DNA of 20,840 nucleotides, taken from contig JBIKLZ010000020.1 in assembly GCA_044359535.1 (NCBI GenBank), positions 1-20,840 on the forward strand, given 5' to 3'. The stretch is from Chlamydiia bacterium. GTDB lineage: Bacteria > Chlamydiota > Chlamydiia > Chlamydiales > 2-12-FULL-49-11. Made by a program: the position numbers and the translations under genes. Of this stretch, positions 1 to 8,768 are shown piece after piece; position 1 is the first letter of the stretch, and each line of letters opens with the position of its first letter. Below the pieces are notes generated by a model, which searched no databases, had not been told where the DNA came from, and saw only the letters and a program-made list of their open reading frames with translations.

Positions 1-1
1 A

Positions 2-919
2 TATGTGGGAGGAGTTGAGCATGCAGTTCTTCATTTATTATACGCAAGGTTTTGGCATAAGGTTCTTTACGATTTAGGGCATGTTTCAACAAAGGAACCT
101 TTTCAATGTTTAAGAAATCAAGGACTTGTCACTTCAAGGTCTTATAAAAAAGAAGGGGGAGGGTATGTTTTACCTAAAGATGTGGAATATCTTGATGGAA
201 AATATAAAGAAAAATCTACCGGAATAGATTTGTATTCTTGTATTGAAAAGATGTCGAAATCAAAATTAAACGGGGTCTCTCCTGATGAAATTATAGAAGA
301 GTTTGGGGCCGATTCATTAAGACTCTATGAGCTTTTTATGACCCCATTTGATAAGGAAAAAATCTGGCAAAGCGATGCTGTTTCAGGTCAAAGACGGTTT
401 TTAAATCGTATCTATGAAATGGTTATTTCTGAAAAAAGGGTAGAGGAAAGTTCTGAAGAAGGGGAAAAACTGATTCATAGACTTGTTAAAGCTGTTGAAG
501 AGGATCTTGAAAATTTGAGTTTTAACACAGCGATTGCAAAAATGATGGAATTTGTAAACACGTACTCACAGTTTTCAACCTACTCCAAAGAAATCTTAAA
601 GAAATTATCCTTACTTATATACCCATTTGCCCCTCATTTTGGAGCTGAAATCTATTCTTTATTAGGATTTGAAGAAGATATTGTGTTTGTCCCATTTCCC
701 CTTTATGACAAAAAGTATTTAGAAGATGATGAGGTGACCATTGTTTTTCAAGTGATGGGGAAATTAAGAAGTTCAGCTACTTTTGCAAAAAATTGTCCTA
801 AGGAAAAGGTCTTAGAATGGGCAAAAGGGGATGTGAAAGTAAAAAAATATTTAACTTCTGATATTGTTAAGGAGATTTTTGTTCCAAACAAATTGGTCAA
901 CTTTGTACTCAAGAGTTAG
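2..919 (+). CDS. leuS: Leucyl-tRNA synthetase, C-terminal part (5' end outside window)
   Basis: YVGGVEHAVLHLLYARFWHK, KMSKS signature, GADSLRLYELF, FNTAIAKMMEF, C-terminal FVPNKLVNFV; frame is open to the left edge. Confidence 0.98.
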   Translation, partial: YVGGVEHAVLHLLYARFWHKVLYDLGHVSTKEPFQCLRNQGLVTSRSYKKEGGGYVLPKDVEYLDGKYKEKSTGIDLYSCIEKMSKSKLNGVSPDEIIEEFGADSLRLYELFMTPFDKEKIWQSDAVSGQRRFLNRIYEMVISEKRVEESSEEGEKLIHRLVKAVEEDLENLSFNTAIAKMMEFVNTYSQFSTYSKEILKKLSLLIYPFAPHFGAEIYSLLGFEEDIVFVPFPLYDKKYLEDDEVTIVFQVMGKLRSSATFAKNCPKEKVLEWAKGDVKVKKYLTSDIVKEIFVPNKLVNFVLKS

Positions 920-926
920 GTGATTC

Positions 927-2147
927 TTGAGTTTTGTATATCGGATCTTCAGTTATTTTTGGTTTATAGGGATCTTGATAAAATATACCTATGATCGTTT
1001 TTTTCATCATAAGTTTTGTGGGATTTTATTATATAAAATAGGTCTTAAGAGGCAAAAAATTCTACCTAAAGGGGATAAAAAGTGTGTGTGGATTCATGCA
1101 ACCTCTCTTGGAGAGGCAATGTCAACAAAGCAACTTGTTGAAAAAATAGGTAAAGCTAAGGATCGACATATTATTTTTTCTACATTTACCTCTGTGGGGT
1201 ATGAGTATGCAAAAACGTTAAGGGGAGTAGATCAAGTGGTTATTCTCCCTTCAGATTTAAAAGGGGTGATGAGGGATTTGATAAAAAAAATTCAACCTGA
1301 CCTGTTTGTTTTGATTGAAAGTGATTACTGGTTTCATTGTTTAACAGAATTAAAAAAATATGGAACCAAAATGGTGTTGGTAGGGGGGAGGATTTCAGAT
1401 CGCTCTTATAAGCGATTTAAAAGGGTTCCGATCTTTTCTCGCTCTCTTTTTTCTAATTTTGATCGCTTTTTACTCCAAGATAGTTTTATGAAAGAGAAGT
1501 TTTTAGGGTTAGGCGTTTTTGAGGAAAAGATTGACGTGATTGGAAATTTAAAATTAGACGCATACTCAGAAAATGTTTTGGAAAATTACCTTCCAAAAGG
1601 ACGATCTTACATTACTTTGGGGTCAACACATAAAGATGAGGAAGAGAGTTTATTAAAAGCTTTAAGTTCATTAAAAAGGGATGTTACTTTTGTAGTGGCT
1701 CCAAGGCGACCTGATCGATTTTTAGAAGTGGAACAGCTATTAAAAAGGCTCAGCCTTTCTTGGAGGTATGTCGATGAGAAGGGTAAGGGGGATGAAAGGG
1801 TTATTTTTGTTAATAAACTTGGGGTGTTAGATCGCTGTTATAAGGAAAGTGACCTTGCAATTGTTTGTGGAAGCTTTTATAAGTCCACTGGAGGGCATAA
1901 TGTTTATGAACCGGTCCGTCTTGGAACCCCTGTTTTATATGGGCCATACACCTTTAATCAAGGGTCTTTAACAACCATTGTGGAGAGATTTGGAGTTGGG
2001 GAAGAGGCAACACTGGAAAATATTCTAGAAAAGGTCCAAAAAAAGTTAAAAGAGGGGAGATTGACAAAAGAAAAAGTGGAAGAAATCAAGAGAAAATCTG
2101 AGGGGGCGACAGAAAAAGCAATAAATATAATAAATAGCTTGTTATAA
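927..2147 (+). CDS. waaA: Kdo transferase (3-deoxy-D-manno-octulosonic acid transferase)
   Basis: N-terminal membrane anchor, WIHATSLGE, IESDYW, GRISDRSY, GSTH and GGHNVYEP motifs; TTG start 7 nt after leuS stop. Confidence 0.95.
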   Translation: MSFVYRIFSYFWFIGILIKYTYDRFFHHKFCGILLYKIGLKRQKILPKGDKKCVWIHATSLGEAMSTKQLVEKIGKAKDRHIIFSTFTSVGYEYAKTLRGVDQVVILPSDLKGVMRDLIKKIQPDLFVLIESDYWFHCLTELKKYGTKMVLVGGRISDRSYKRFKRVPIFSRSLFSNFDRFLLQDSFMKEKFLGLGVFEEKIDVIGNLKLDAYSENVLENYLPKGRSYITLGSTHKDEEESLLKALSSLKRDVTFVVAPRRPDRFLEVEQLLKRLSLSWRYVDEKGKGDERVIFVNKLGVLDRCYKESDLAIVCGSFYKSTGGHNVYEPVRLGTPVLYGPYTFNQGSLTTIVERFGVGEEATLENILEKVQKKLKEGRLTKEKVEEIKRKSEGATEKAINIINSLL

Positions 2148-2182
2148 AACTTCCTTTGTGGTAATGTTATGCACATATTTAT

Positions 2183-2255
2183 CGCGGGATAGAGCAGTTG
2201 GAAGCTCGTCGGGCTCATAACCCGAAGGTCGCCGGTTCGAGTCCGTCTCCCGCTA
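2183..2255 (+). tRNA. tRNA-fMet (initiator, anticodon CAT), CCA not encoded
   Basis: 73-nt cloverleaf; unpaired C1:U72; anticodon stem TCGGG/CCCGA with three consecutive G-C pairs; loop CTCATAA; GGTTCGAGTCC T arm. Confidence 0.97.
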
Positions 2256-2261
2256 ATATAG

Positions 2262-2292
2262 AGGAGCTAGTATAGATCTAGCTCCTTTTTTT
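2262..2292 (+). terminator. Intrinsic terminator after tRNA-fMet
   Basis: Perfect 9-bp stem AGGAGCTAG (2262-2270) / CTAGCTCCT (2278-2286), 7-nt loop, followed by a T run. Confidence 0.8.
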
Positions 2293-2320
2293 AATAGTGA
2301 AAGCATTATTCGCTATGAAT

Positions 2321-2393
2321 GGCGGCTTAGCTCAGTCGGTAGAGCAACGGAATCATAATCCGCAGGTCACTGGTTCAAGTCCGGTAGCCGCTA
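2321..2393 (+). tRNA. tRNA with CAT anticodon, most likely elongator tRNA-Met (tRNA-Ile2 not fully excluded); integration target
   Basis: 73-nt cloverleaf: acceptor GGCGGCT/AGCCGCT, D stem GCTC/GAGC, anticodon loop ATCATAA (2352-2358), T arm ACTGG-TTCAAGT-CCGGT, discriminator A. Confidence 0.93.
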
Positions 2394-2394
2394 T
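2352..2394 (+). repeat. attL core (3' half of tRNA)
   Basis: ATCATAATCCGCAGGTCACTGGTTCAAGTCCGGTAGCCGCTAT, identical to 10904-10946. Confidence 0.96.
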
Positions 2395-2476
2395 AATTCT
2401 AACAGGTTAAAACAAAGCATATTCCGCAAAATTCAACTTGGAAGAAACTTGCTAATATATTATTTTATTCTGCTAT

Positions 2477-2493
2477 GGTGCAAATCCGGTGCA
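2477..2493 (+). promoter_or_regulatory. Putative integrase arm-type binding sites, left end
   Basis: GGTGCA at 2477-2482 and 2488-2493 (11-bp period); same pair recurs near attR. Confidence 0.65.
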
Positions 2494-2562
2494 GTAAAAA
2501 TAGTTTTATGGAGTAAGTACCATTCAACCAATAAATCTTAATATACAAGGGTTGAACAAGGT

Positions 2563-3624
2563 ATGGCATCAATTTATAAAAGAAAGGATTCGAAAGGTAT
2601 AAAATGGAGAGTGGTGATACGTCTTAAAGGACATCCTACTGTATGTGAGACCTTTGATAGAAAACAAGAAGCAGAAGATTGGGCAAATCAAACTGAACAT
2701 AAAATTAAGTTAGGCAAATATAATTTTGAGCAGAATAAACACCTTAATTTATTCTCTCAGTTAGTTGAGAGATTTATGTTAGATGGCTTATTAGAACATC
2801 ATAAATCAAAAAGAGATACCCTCCGTCATTTAGAGTATTGGAAAAATCGTTTAGGTAAATATTCTCTAAATTTTATTAATTCCGAACGCCTTGGTAAAGA
2901 ACGAATGTTCTTAAATGAGACTCCTATTTCAAAAGGTACAAAAAGAAGTCCTGCAACTACAAATAGATATATGGCAACACTTTCTTTAGTTTTAAACTAC
3001 GGAGTAAAGTCCCTTAAATGGATAAGTGAAAATCCTTGCCTGCATCTAAAAAAGTTAAAGGAAAATTCAGGTAGAGATAGGGTTCTTTCTTATGAGGAGA
3101 TTAAAAAACTATTATCTACGTGTAGGGATAGTAGATCTCCTTATCTATATTGCATTGTTCTTTTGGGATTTACTACAGGAGCTCGTCTTGGAGAAATCTT
3201 AAATCTTGAATGGCGTGATATTGACTTTGATAATCAAATAGCATCATTAAGAGAAACTAAAAATGGAAGACCCCGTAGTATTGCTCTATCAAATGAAGCT
3301 ACGTTAGCTCTTAAATCTATTTATGAAGAAAAGATACCAGGAAAAATTCTTGTCTTTGCAAGTAAAACAGCTTTTGGAAAAGTTGATATTAAAAGATCAT
3401 GGCAAACAGCTCTGAATAGAGCTGAAATTCAAAATTTTCATTTTCATGATATTAGGCATTGCTTTGCAACTCTTGCAGCAAGTCATGGGGCCTCTAACTT
3501 GGAATTAGCAACAGCAATGGGGCATAGAACTTTAGCTATGTTACAAAGATATACCCACCTTGATGTGGAAGTTACTAAGAAATTTAGTAAGCGGATTTCA
3601 CAAGATATTATAAGTAATGATTAA
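2563..3624 (+). CDS. int: Tyrosine recombinase/integrase with N-terminal arm-binding domain
   Basis: Full catalytic set: TGARLGE (R), TKNG (K), HDIRH (HxxR), MGH, QRYTH (Y); N-terminal ASIYKRK...WRVVIR...TFDRKQEAEDWA; adjacent to attL. Confidence 0.97.
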   Translation: MASIYKRKDSKGIKWRVVIRLKGHPTVCETFDRKQEAEDWANQTEHKIKLGKYNFEQNKHLNLFSQLVERFMLDGLLEHHKSKRDTLRHLEYWKNRLGKYSLNFINSERLGKERMFLNETPISKGTKRSPATTNRYMATLSLVLNYGVKSLKWISENPCLHLKKLKENSGRDRVLSYEEIKKLLSTCRDSRSPYLYCIVLLGFTTGARLGEILNLEWRDIDFDNQIASLRETKNGRPRSIALSNEATLALKSIYEEKIPGKILVFASKTAFGKVDIKRSWQTALNRAEIQNFHFHDIRHCFATLAASHGASNLELATAMGHRTLAMLQRYTHLDVEVTKKFSKRISQDIISND

Positions 3625-3633
3625 AGGACTGAG

Positions 3634-4776
3634 ATGAATAAAGATCTAGATGAATGTAAGAAAAATATTAAATTAATTTTAGGTGAAAATGATAAGAACA
3701 AAGAAGCTCGCATGAGTATCGCTGCTGAACAACCTGTTAATGTTTGGCAAAAAAATGATGCTAATATATTGCTATATGCTGGTCTTTCGAACTATCATTA
3801 TCATGATTTTTCCTCTAAGCCTTTTATAGTTAGCGAATATTATTCTCAAAAAGCTCTTCCTGTGTATTTACAATGGCAAGATGAGGTTAAAAAAGAGGAT
3901 AAAAAGTTATTTCATATAAAATGTAAGCACATTCCAAAGCCTAATCAAAATATATCAGTGTATGGGTATATTAAAAAGCTAGAAGCAAGTATAAGAAAAA
4001 AATGTGAGAAGCGTGTTGTATGGATGAAATCTTTATATAGTTTTCTTTACTTTTTAAGAGAAGACGCCGATCTAGTGGATAAGGGTCTTTTAGAAGATAT
4101 ATTTCCAAGTATAGAAAGCTGTAAGGGAAGGGTTATTAAAAAGGTGTATAAATATAAACGAAAGGGAAAGGAAGAGATTGAAACTCTAGAGATTTATCGT
4201 ATTGTTGAAAATACAGCATACCCAATTGATATTTTTACTAGTGCAGAAATTGTATTAAATTTAATGAATGCAGTCCTTAATGGTCGGAAAAATTTGCAAC
4301 GTTCAGCAGCGCAAGCTTTAGGCTTTGCTTGGGTGTGTCTACATATCGGTCGGTTTGGTATACCTATTCAAGAAAAAGAATTATATTCGATTGAAATTAC
4401 TGAACTCATTGATAATGAAATAGATATAGCTTTAAATCCTTTTTCACCAACACATTTTATTAAAATCAATACTATTCATGGTGTTCATAATATTCCTATT
4501 TCACGACTTCTCTATGATTACCTTTTAGCGTTACCACGTGATCTAGAGAGTAATAAGGTCTTTAATATGGATTGGTCTACTGTACTACGGACTTTTCGAA
4601 ACAAGGGGATAAAGTTATCTTCAAAAGCCCAAGGTTTAGGTCAAATTACATTCCTTACTTTTATGCAAAAGCCTCATGAATTGATTGGTTATAGGTACTC
4701 ACCAAGTAAAATAAAAAAGAGAAAAGAAGAAAAAATAAAAAAATGTAAGAAAAAGATGAAAGAAAAAAAATCTTAA
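3634..4776 (+). CDS. Hypothetical protein, probable degenerate tyrosine-recombinase fold, Lys-rich C-terminus
   Basis: 380-aa ORF 9 nt after int with AAAGGA RBS; segments SLYSFLYFL, IQEKELYSIEITEL, NIPISRLLYDYL, KVF, LRTF, GLGQITFLTF follow the recombinase pattern order without catalytic residues. CDS is secure, fold call is inference. Confidence 0.7.
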   Translation: MNKDLDECKKNIKLILGENDKNKEARMSIAAEQPVNVWQKNDANILLYAGLSNYHYHDFSSKPFIVSEYYSQKALPVYLQWQDEVKKEDKKLFHIKCKHIPKPNQNISVYGYIKKLEASIRKKCEKRVVWMKSLYSFLYFLREDADLVDKGLLEDIFPSIESCKGRVIKKVYKYKRKGKEEIETLEIYRIVENTAYPIDIFTSAEIVLNLMNAVLNGRKNLQRSAAQALGFAWVCLHIGRFGIPIQEKELYSIEITELIDNEIDIALNPFSPTHFIKINTIHGVHNIPISRLLYDYLLALPRDLESNKVFNMDWSTVLRTFRNKGIKLSSKAQGLGQITFLTFMQKPHELIGYRYSPSKIKKRKEEKIKKCKKKMKEKKS

Positions 4777-5057
4777 ACCTTTTTATATCATTTAATTAGT
4801 TATTTTTATGTTATTTTTTTTAAAAGATTGTTTAAGCTAGAATCTAATTTATATTTTTTTGTTTTTTCTTAAAAACAAAATCCATTTCAAAATTCAGTGA
4901 ATAAAATAAAGAGATTTACAAGGTGCATTTTCTGCTATATTCTTCCTATCTCTTTTATAATGAACAAGTTAAAACTGTCACCCACCAGAGAATATTTATA
5001 AACCATAACTTCTGTCATATTCTAGCAATAAAAAATAACAAACACTAGGAGGTTATA

Positions 5058-5264
5058 TTGGCTAGCTATGAATATTGTTCACCCCAACAAATTGCCGTAT
5101 GTGGCAAATACCCATTTACAATTGGACAAATAAGGCATTTACTTTTATTTCGCCATCGCAATGGGTTACAAAATTCAGTCAGAAAAGTAGGGAAAAGGCT
5201 GATGTTTCGTATGGATCTTTTTGAAAAATGGATAGAAGAACAAAAAGAGGTTAAAAATGCCTAA
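5058..5264 (+). CDS. Excisionase/AlpA-like small DNA-binding protein
   Basis: 68 aa; AGGAGG at 5047-5052 before TTG; FTIGQIRHLL..NGL..VRKVGKRLMFRMDLFEKWIEEQ fits the winged-HTH Xis pattern; first gene of the replication operon. Confidence 0.8.
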   Translation: MASYEYCSPQQIAVCGKYPFTIGQIRHLLLFRHRNGLQNSVRKVGKRLMFRMDLFEKWIEEQKEVKNA

Positions 5265-5475
5265 TAGGTTTTTGGAAGAGCAGCTAGAGTTTAATGAAAC
5301 GCACATACAATCCGCTGCAAGTCAGGCAAATAATCTAAGCCTTAGCAAAGAGGAAAGAGTATATGCCTTAAGAGAATTCATGAGAAGTATTGCAATAGAG
5401 TATGAATTAATAAGTTTAATAAAGAAATATGAGGGGAACGATCAAATAGCCCCTCACACAACCGATAAGGTATAA
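5257..5475 (+). CDS. Hypothetical protein (72 aa)
   Basis: AGAGG RBS; overlaps the upstream gene by 8 nt and ends 1 nt before the helicase start. Confidence 0.65.
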   Translation: MPNRFLEEQLEFNETHIQSAASQANNLSLSKEERVYALREFMRSIAIEYELISLIKKYEGNDQIAPHTTDKV

Positions 5476-5476
5476 A

Positions 5477-7309
5477 ATGATTATAACAAAAATTGATAAA
5501 GAAGAACAGGGTAAAAATTCAGATGAAAACTTTGAAAAACTATGCAAAAAAAATGATAAAAGAGAACTTAAAAATATCAAAATTAATTGTTTAGAACGTG
5601 CTTTTGCTAATGAAGTTTTTACAAGCGGAGATTTTACAGTAAAATGGGATGGACTTTTTTATACACCAAAACCTACTGATAAAGAAAAAGACCCAAAACC
5701 TATATGGATTAGTGATCCGATTTTTCCTGTAGCTCGCTTACGTGACTCTGTCAACAGATCTCATGGTTTGCTTTTAAAGATCCATGATGGAGACGTGTAT
5801 CATCTGTTGCCTATACAAAAAAGCATGATTAGAAGTTTTACTGACCTAAGCATTATGCTGGCTGATTCAGGTCTAACCTGGGATTATAATTATGAAAGCT
5901 TGATAAAGAAATTTCTCAATTTTGCTGAGCCTAAAGAAAAAATGCGATGCGTTTATAAGTCAGGATGGCATGATGACCAATATGTTTTTCCTAATGGAGA
6001 TGTTAAGGGAAATATAAAGGATGGAGAAGGCTGTTACCCTATGATTCAATTTTATCCTGAAGGATTTGAAACAAAAGGCTCTTTAAAAGAGTGGCAAGAT
6101 AATCTTTTGCCTTTGTGTAAAGGAAACTCTAGGATGATTTTTTCTTTAGCAATTGCATTTGCTGGTGCATGTGCTGAGCTTGTCAAAGAAGACTCAGGGG
6201 GTTTTAATTTTAAAGGAAGGTCAAGTTGTGGAAAAACAACGTGTTTGCTAATAGCAGTGAGTGTATGTGGGTCACCTAAGTTTAAAAAGAGCTGGAAAAG
6301 TACATCAAATGCGATAGAGGGTATCTGTTTTTTACATAATGACAATCTTCTTGCCTTAGACGAATTCGGGCAAGTCGACTCTAAAGAAGCTGGTAACACA
6401 GCATATATGATAGCTCAAGGGATGGGAAAAAATAGACAAAATAGTGATAGTACTCAACGGAGAATTAAAACTTGGAGAACAATGTTGATATCTACTGGAG
6501 AGGTAGGACTTGCCGAACACATGCAAGAGAAGGGCATGAAAACAAAAGCAGGACAACTGGTAAGGTTTTGTGATATCCCCGCAGAAGTCGAGAAAGGCTA
6601 TGGCTGCTTTGAATCTATACACGGTTGTGATAATGGATCTGATTTTGCTACTAAAATAAAAGTTGCATGTGAAAGTTACTATGGAACACCCATAGGAGAG
6701 TTTGTAAACGTTTTATCACAAGAAAAAGATATTTCTACACAATTTTTAAAACATGCTATGGAAGATTTCGCTGCAGACATTTCAAGAGATTTTGATGGTC
6801 AAGTTAAGCGTGTAGCAAGACGCTTTGGATTACTCTATGGTGCCATCTGGTTAGCTATTAGAAAGGATTTACTTGGGTCATATTTAACTGAAGAAGACGC
6901 AAAATGGGCTATTACTACCTGCTTTGAGAGCTGGCTTAACGACAGAGGAACAACAGGAAACTTTGAGAGTAAATCAATTATCGAAAATGTTATAAGACTA
7001 ATAAGAGAAAATTCGGACAGTAAATTTCCTGATGTAAATTGGAAAGAAAATTCTGAATGTGGGCCTAGATATGCTCAAATTTGGGGAAGGAAAGAAGGCG
7101 ATATTTATTATATTTCTTGTGAAACTTTTAAGAAACACTTTTGCGAAGGTGAGAATCCAAAGACAGTCATTAAAACGTTAGAAGAAGAGGGGATCATAAT
7201 TAGATCTGAAAACGGAAAGCTCTCCTCTGCTAAAAGATTGCTAACCGGAGAAAATAAGCAAGTTGCAAAAGGCTACACATTAAAAATTTCAACAATGTTT
7301 ACAAATTAA
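5477..7309 (+). CDS. DUF927-domain replicative helicase/ATPase (Cch2-like), no fused primase domain
   Basis: GWH, GSLKEWQ, Walker A GRSSCGKTT, Walker B LALDE, AYMIAQGMGKNR, WRTMLISTGE, GQLVRFCDIP, YYGT, RVARRFG motifs typical of DUF927 proteins. Confidence 0.88.
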   Translation: MIITKIDKEEQGKNSDENFEKLCKKNDKRELKNIKINCLERAFANEVFTSGDFTVKWDGLFYTPKPTDKEKDPKPIWISDPIFPVARLRDSVNRSHGLLLKIHDGDVYHLLPIQKSMIRSFTDLSIMLADSGLTWDYNYESLIKKFLNFAEPKEKMRCVYKSGWHDDQYVFPNGDVKGNIKDGEGCYPMIQFYPEGFETKGSLKEWQDNLLPLCKGNSRMIFSLAIAFAGACAELVKEDSGGFNFKGRSSCGKTTCLLIAVSVCGSPKFKKSWKSTSNAIEGICFLHNDNLLALDEFGQVDSKEAGNTAYMIAQGMGKNRQNSDSTQRRIKTWRTMLISTGEVGLAEHMQEKGMKTKAGQLVRFCDIPAEVEKGYGCFESIHGCDNGSDFATKIKVACESYYGTPIGEFVNVLSQEKDISTQFLKHAMEDFAADISRDFDGQVKRVARRFGLLYGAIWLAIRKDLLGSYLTEEDAKWAITTCFESWLNDRGTTGNFESKSIIENVIRLIRENSDSKFPDVNWKENSECGPRYAQIWGRKEGDIYYISCETFKKHFCEGENPKTVIKTLEEEGIIIRSENGKLSSAKRLLTGENKQVAKGYTLKISTMFTN

Positions 7310-7347
7310 TATGAGGTAACAAAATGAGCAAAAGCAGAGAAAAAACC

Positions 7348-7688
7348 TTTTGTAACCGTTTTTTTAATTTACAGTTACAATTTAAAATGTTGATTGTAAA
7401 CAACTTGTGAACTTTGTAACCGTATAACTGTGTAACCGTGTAATCAAGAAATGCAGGCAGGAAAAAGCTAAAAATAAAAGTTAAGGAAAAAAATAGGTAA
7501 GAAGTAGGTAGGGTCTAAGATTCTATTTTAACGAAATTTAACTTATGTGGGGTATATAAGTACGGTTACATGGTTACATTGTATATATATAATATAAAAT
7601 ATATTTTCTATGTATTGATAAATAAGGGTTTTAGGAAAGATTAGGTGAATGATTTTTTCGTAACCATTTTTTTAATTTACGGTTACAA
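7348..7688. repeat. Putative replication origin: TGTAACCG-type iterons in both orientations around AT-rich DNA
   Basis: Forward octamers at 7351, 7415, 7423, 7431, 7439, 7659; reverse octamers at 7372, 7563, 7571, 7680; 33-bp repeat (30/33 identical) at 7348-7380 and 7656-7688; AT-rich tract about 7579-7625. Confidence 0.82.
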
Positions 7689-7706
7689 AAAAACAAAAGG
7701 GCTAAA

Positions 7707-8768
7707 ATGGATATAATTAACGTGCTAAATTTACTCGGTTTTGTGCCGAGAAAAAAATCTGCGATAGAGTTTTGCTGTGCATGTCTGTATTGTGAGAAAG
7801 GAACTGATCGTTTTACTATTTGGCCTAGCAAAGGTGAGTGTGGAAGATTTTGGTGCCGAGTATGTGATAAAAAAGGAGATGCAATCAACTTACTTAGAGA
7901 CTTTAGAGGGCTTTCATTTAAAGAAGCGTGCTCAGAGTTAAGAATGGCACCAAAAGTCGATTACAGTCCTTTAAAAGAGGTTTTGCCTATTATTGGGGAG
8001 GAACCATCTGACCAATGGATAAATCAAGCGAAAGTATTTGTAGATTTTAGCCACAATCAATTGCTTGGTAGTAAAAAGTTTTTATCTGCTCTGCTTAACA
8101 GAGGAATCTCTCTCGAGACTGTTAAAAAGTTTAAGTTAGGCTACAACTCAACGAATTTGTTTCAACAAAACTCAGACTGGGGCTTACCAACAGAAATTAC
8201 CGGAAAAGGGAAGAAAAGAACAGTTTGGCTGCCTTCGGGTATAGTAATTCCCACAACTGAAAATGAAAAAGTGGTTAAAATAAAAATCAGAAACGCTAGC
8301 TTTAAAAACGACGTTCACAAGCTCGAACCGTTGAGCTATTTTAATGTAAAGTATGTTGTAGTAAAGGGTAGTAAGAAAATTCCTTCAATCTACGGTAATC
8401 AAGATTTAAACATATTAGTAATTTTAGAGTCTGAATTAGATGCTATTTTATTATTACAAGAGACAAATGAATTGATTTTCTGCTTAGCACTTGGAGGATC
8501 TAGACAGCCCCTTGATGCTTACTCTAAAAACCTAGTTCAAGCAACGGAGAGAGTGTTATTTTGTCCTGATTTTGATGCCGCAGGTAAAGAATCTTGGGAT
8601 AGATGGAGTAAAATATTTCCCACAATGCAAAGGATTTTAATTTCACACGGGAAAGATCCTACAGAAGCTTTTCAAATGGGAGTTAACTTGTCGGATTGGC
8701 TATTAAAATTTTTAAATAATAAAAAGGAGAATAAAGATGAAAAAAGAAATAAGCAAAGAGGCATTTAA
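7707..8768 (+). CDS. Primase-like protein: P4-alpha-type Zn ribbon plus Toprim domain
   Basis: CLYC..GTDRF..G.FWCRVC..GDAI..GLSFKEA zinc ribbon; RGIS...F.LGY; Toprim ILESELDA and PDFDAAG (E, DxD); KDPTE. Confidence 0.85.
   Translation: MDIINVLNLLGFVPRKKSAIEFCCACLYCEKGTDRFTIWPSKGECGRFWCRVCDKKGDAINLLRDFRGLSFKEACSELRMAPKVDYSPLKEVLPIIGEEPSDQWINQAKVFVDFSHNQLLGSKKFLSALLNRGISLETVKKFKLGYNSTNLFQQNSDWGLPTEITGKGKKRTVWLPSGIVIPTTENEKVVKIKIRNASFKNDVHKLEPLSYFNVKYVVVKGSKKIPSIYGNQDLNILVILESELDAILLLQETNELIFCLALGGSRQPLDAYSKNLVQATERVLFCPDFDAAGKESWDRWSKIFPTMQRILISHGKDPTEAFQMGVNLSDWLLKFLNNKKENKDEKRNKQRGI

Noticed and set aside
1958-2218. 86-aa minus-strand ORF
   Set aside because: Antisense to waaA and tRNA-fMet.
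2183-2393. Stem mismatches in the tRNAs (C50:U64 in fMet; A27:C43 in the second) as pseudogene signs
   Set aside because: Single mismatches in otherwise canonical cloverleaves; C43 is the same in both att copies, so integration did not create it.
2563-3624. Shufflon/invertase role for the recombinase
   Set aside because: No set of inverted recombination sites seen; the tRNA-derived direct repeats explain it as an integrase.
4922-4927. Single GGTGCA upstream of the xis-like operon
   Set aside because: One hexamer without an 11-bp partner; compatible with chance.
6052-6622. Two minus-strand ORFs (115 and 88 aa)
   Set aside because: Shadows of the DUF927 helicase ATPase core.
7348-7688. CRISPR array interpretation of the 33-bp repeat
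   Set aside because: Only two copies 308 bp apart, built from iteron octamers; no cas genes.
7631-7888. 85-aa minus-strand ORF
   Set aside because: Antisense to the primase zinc ribbon and origin repeats.
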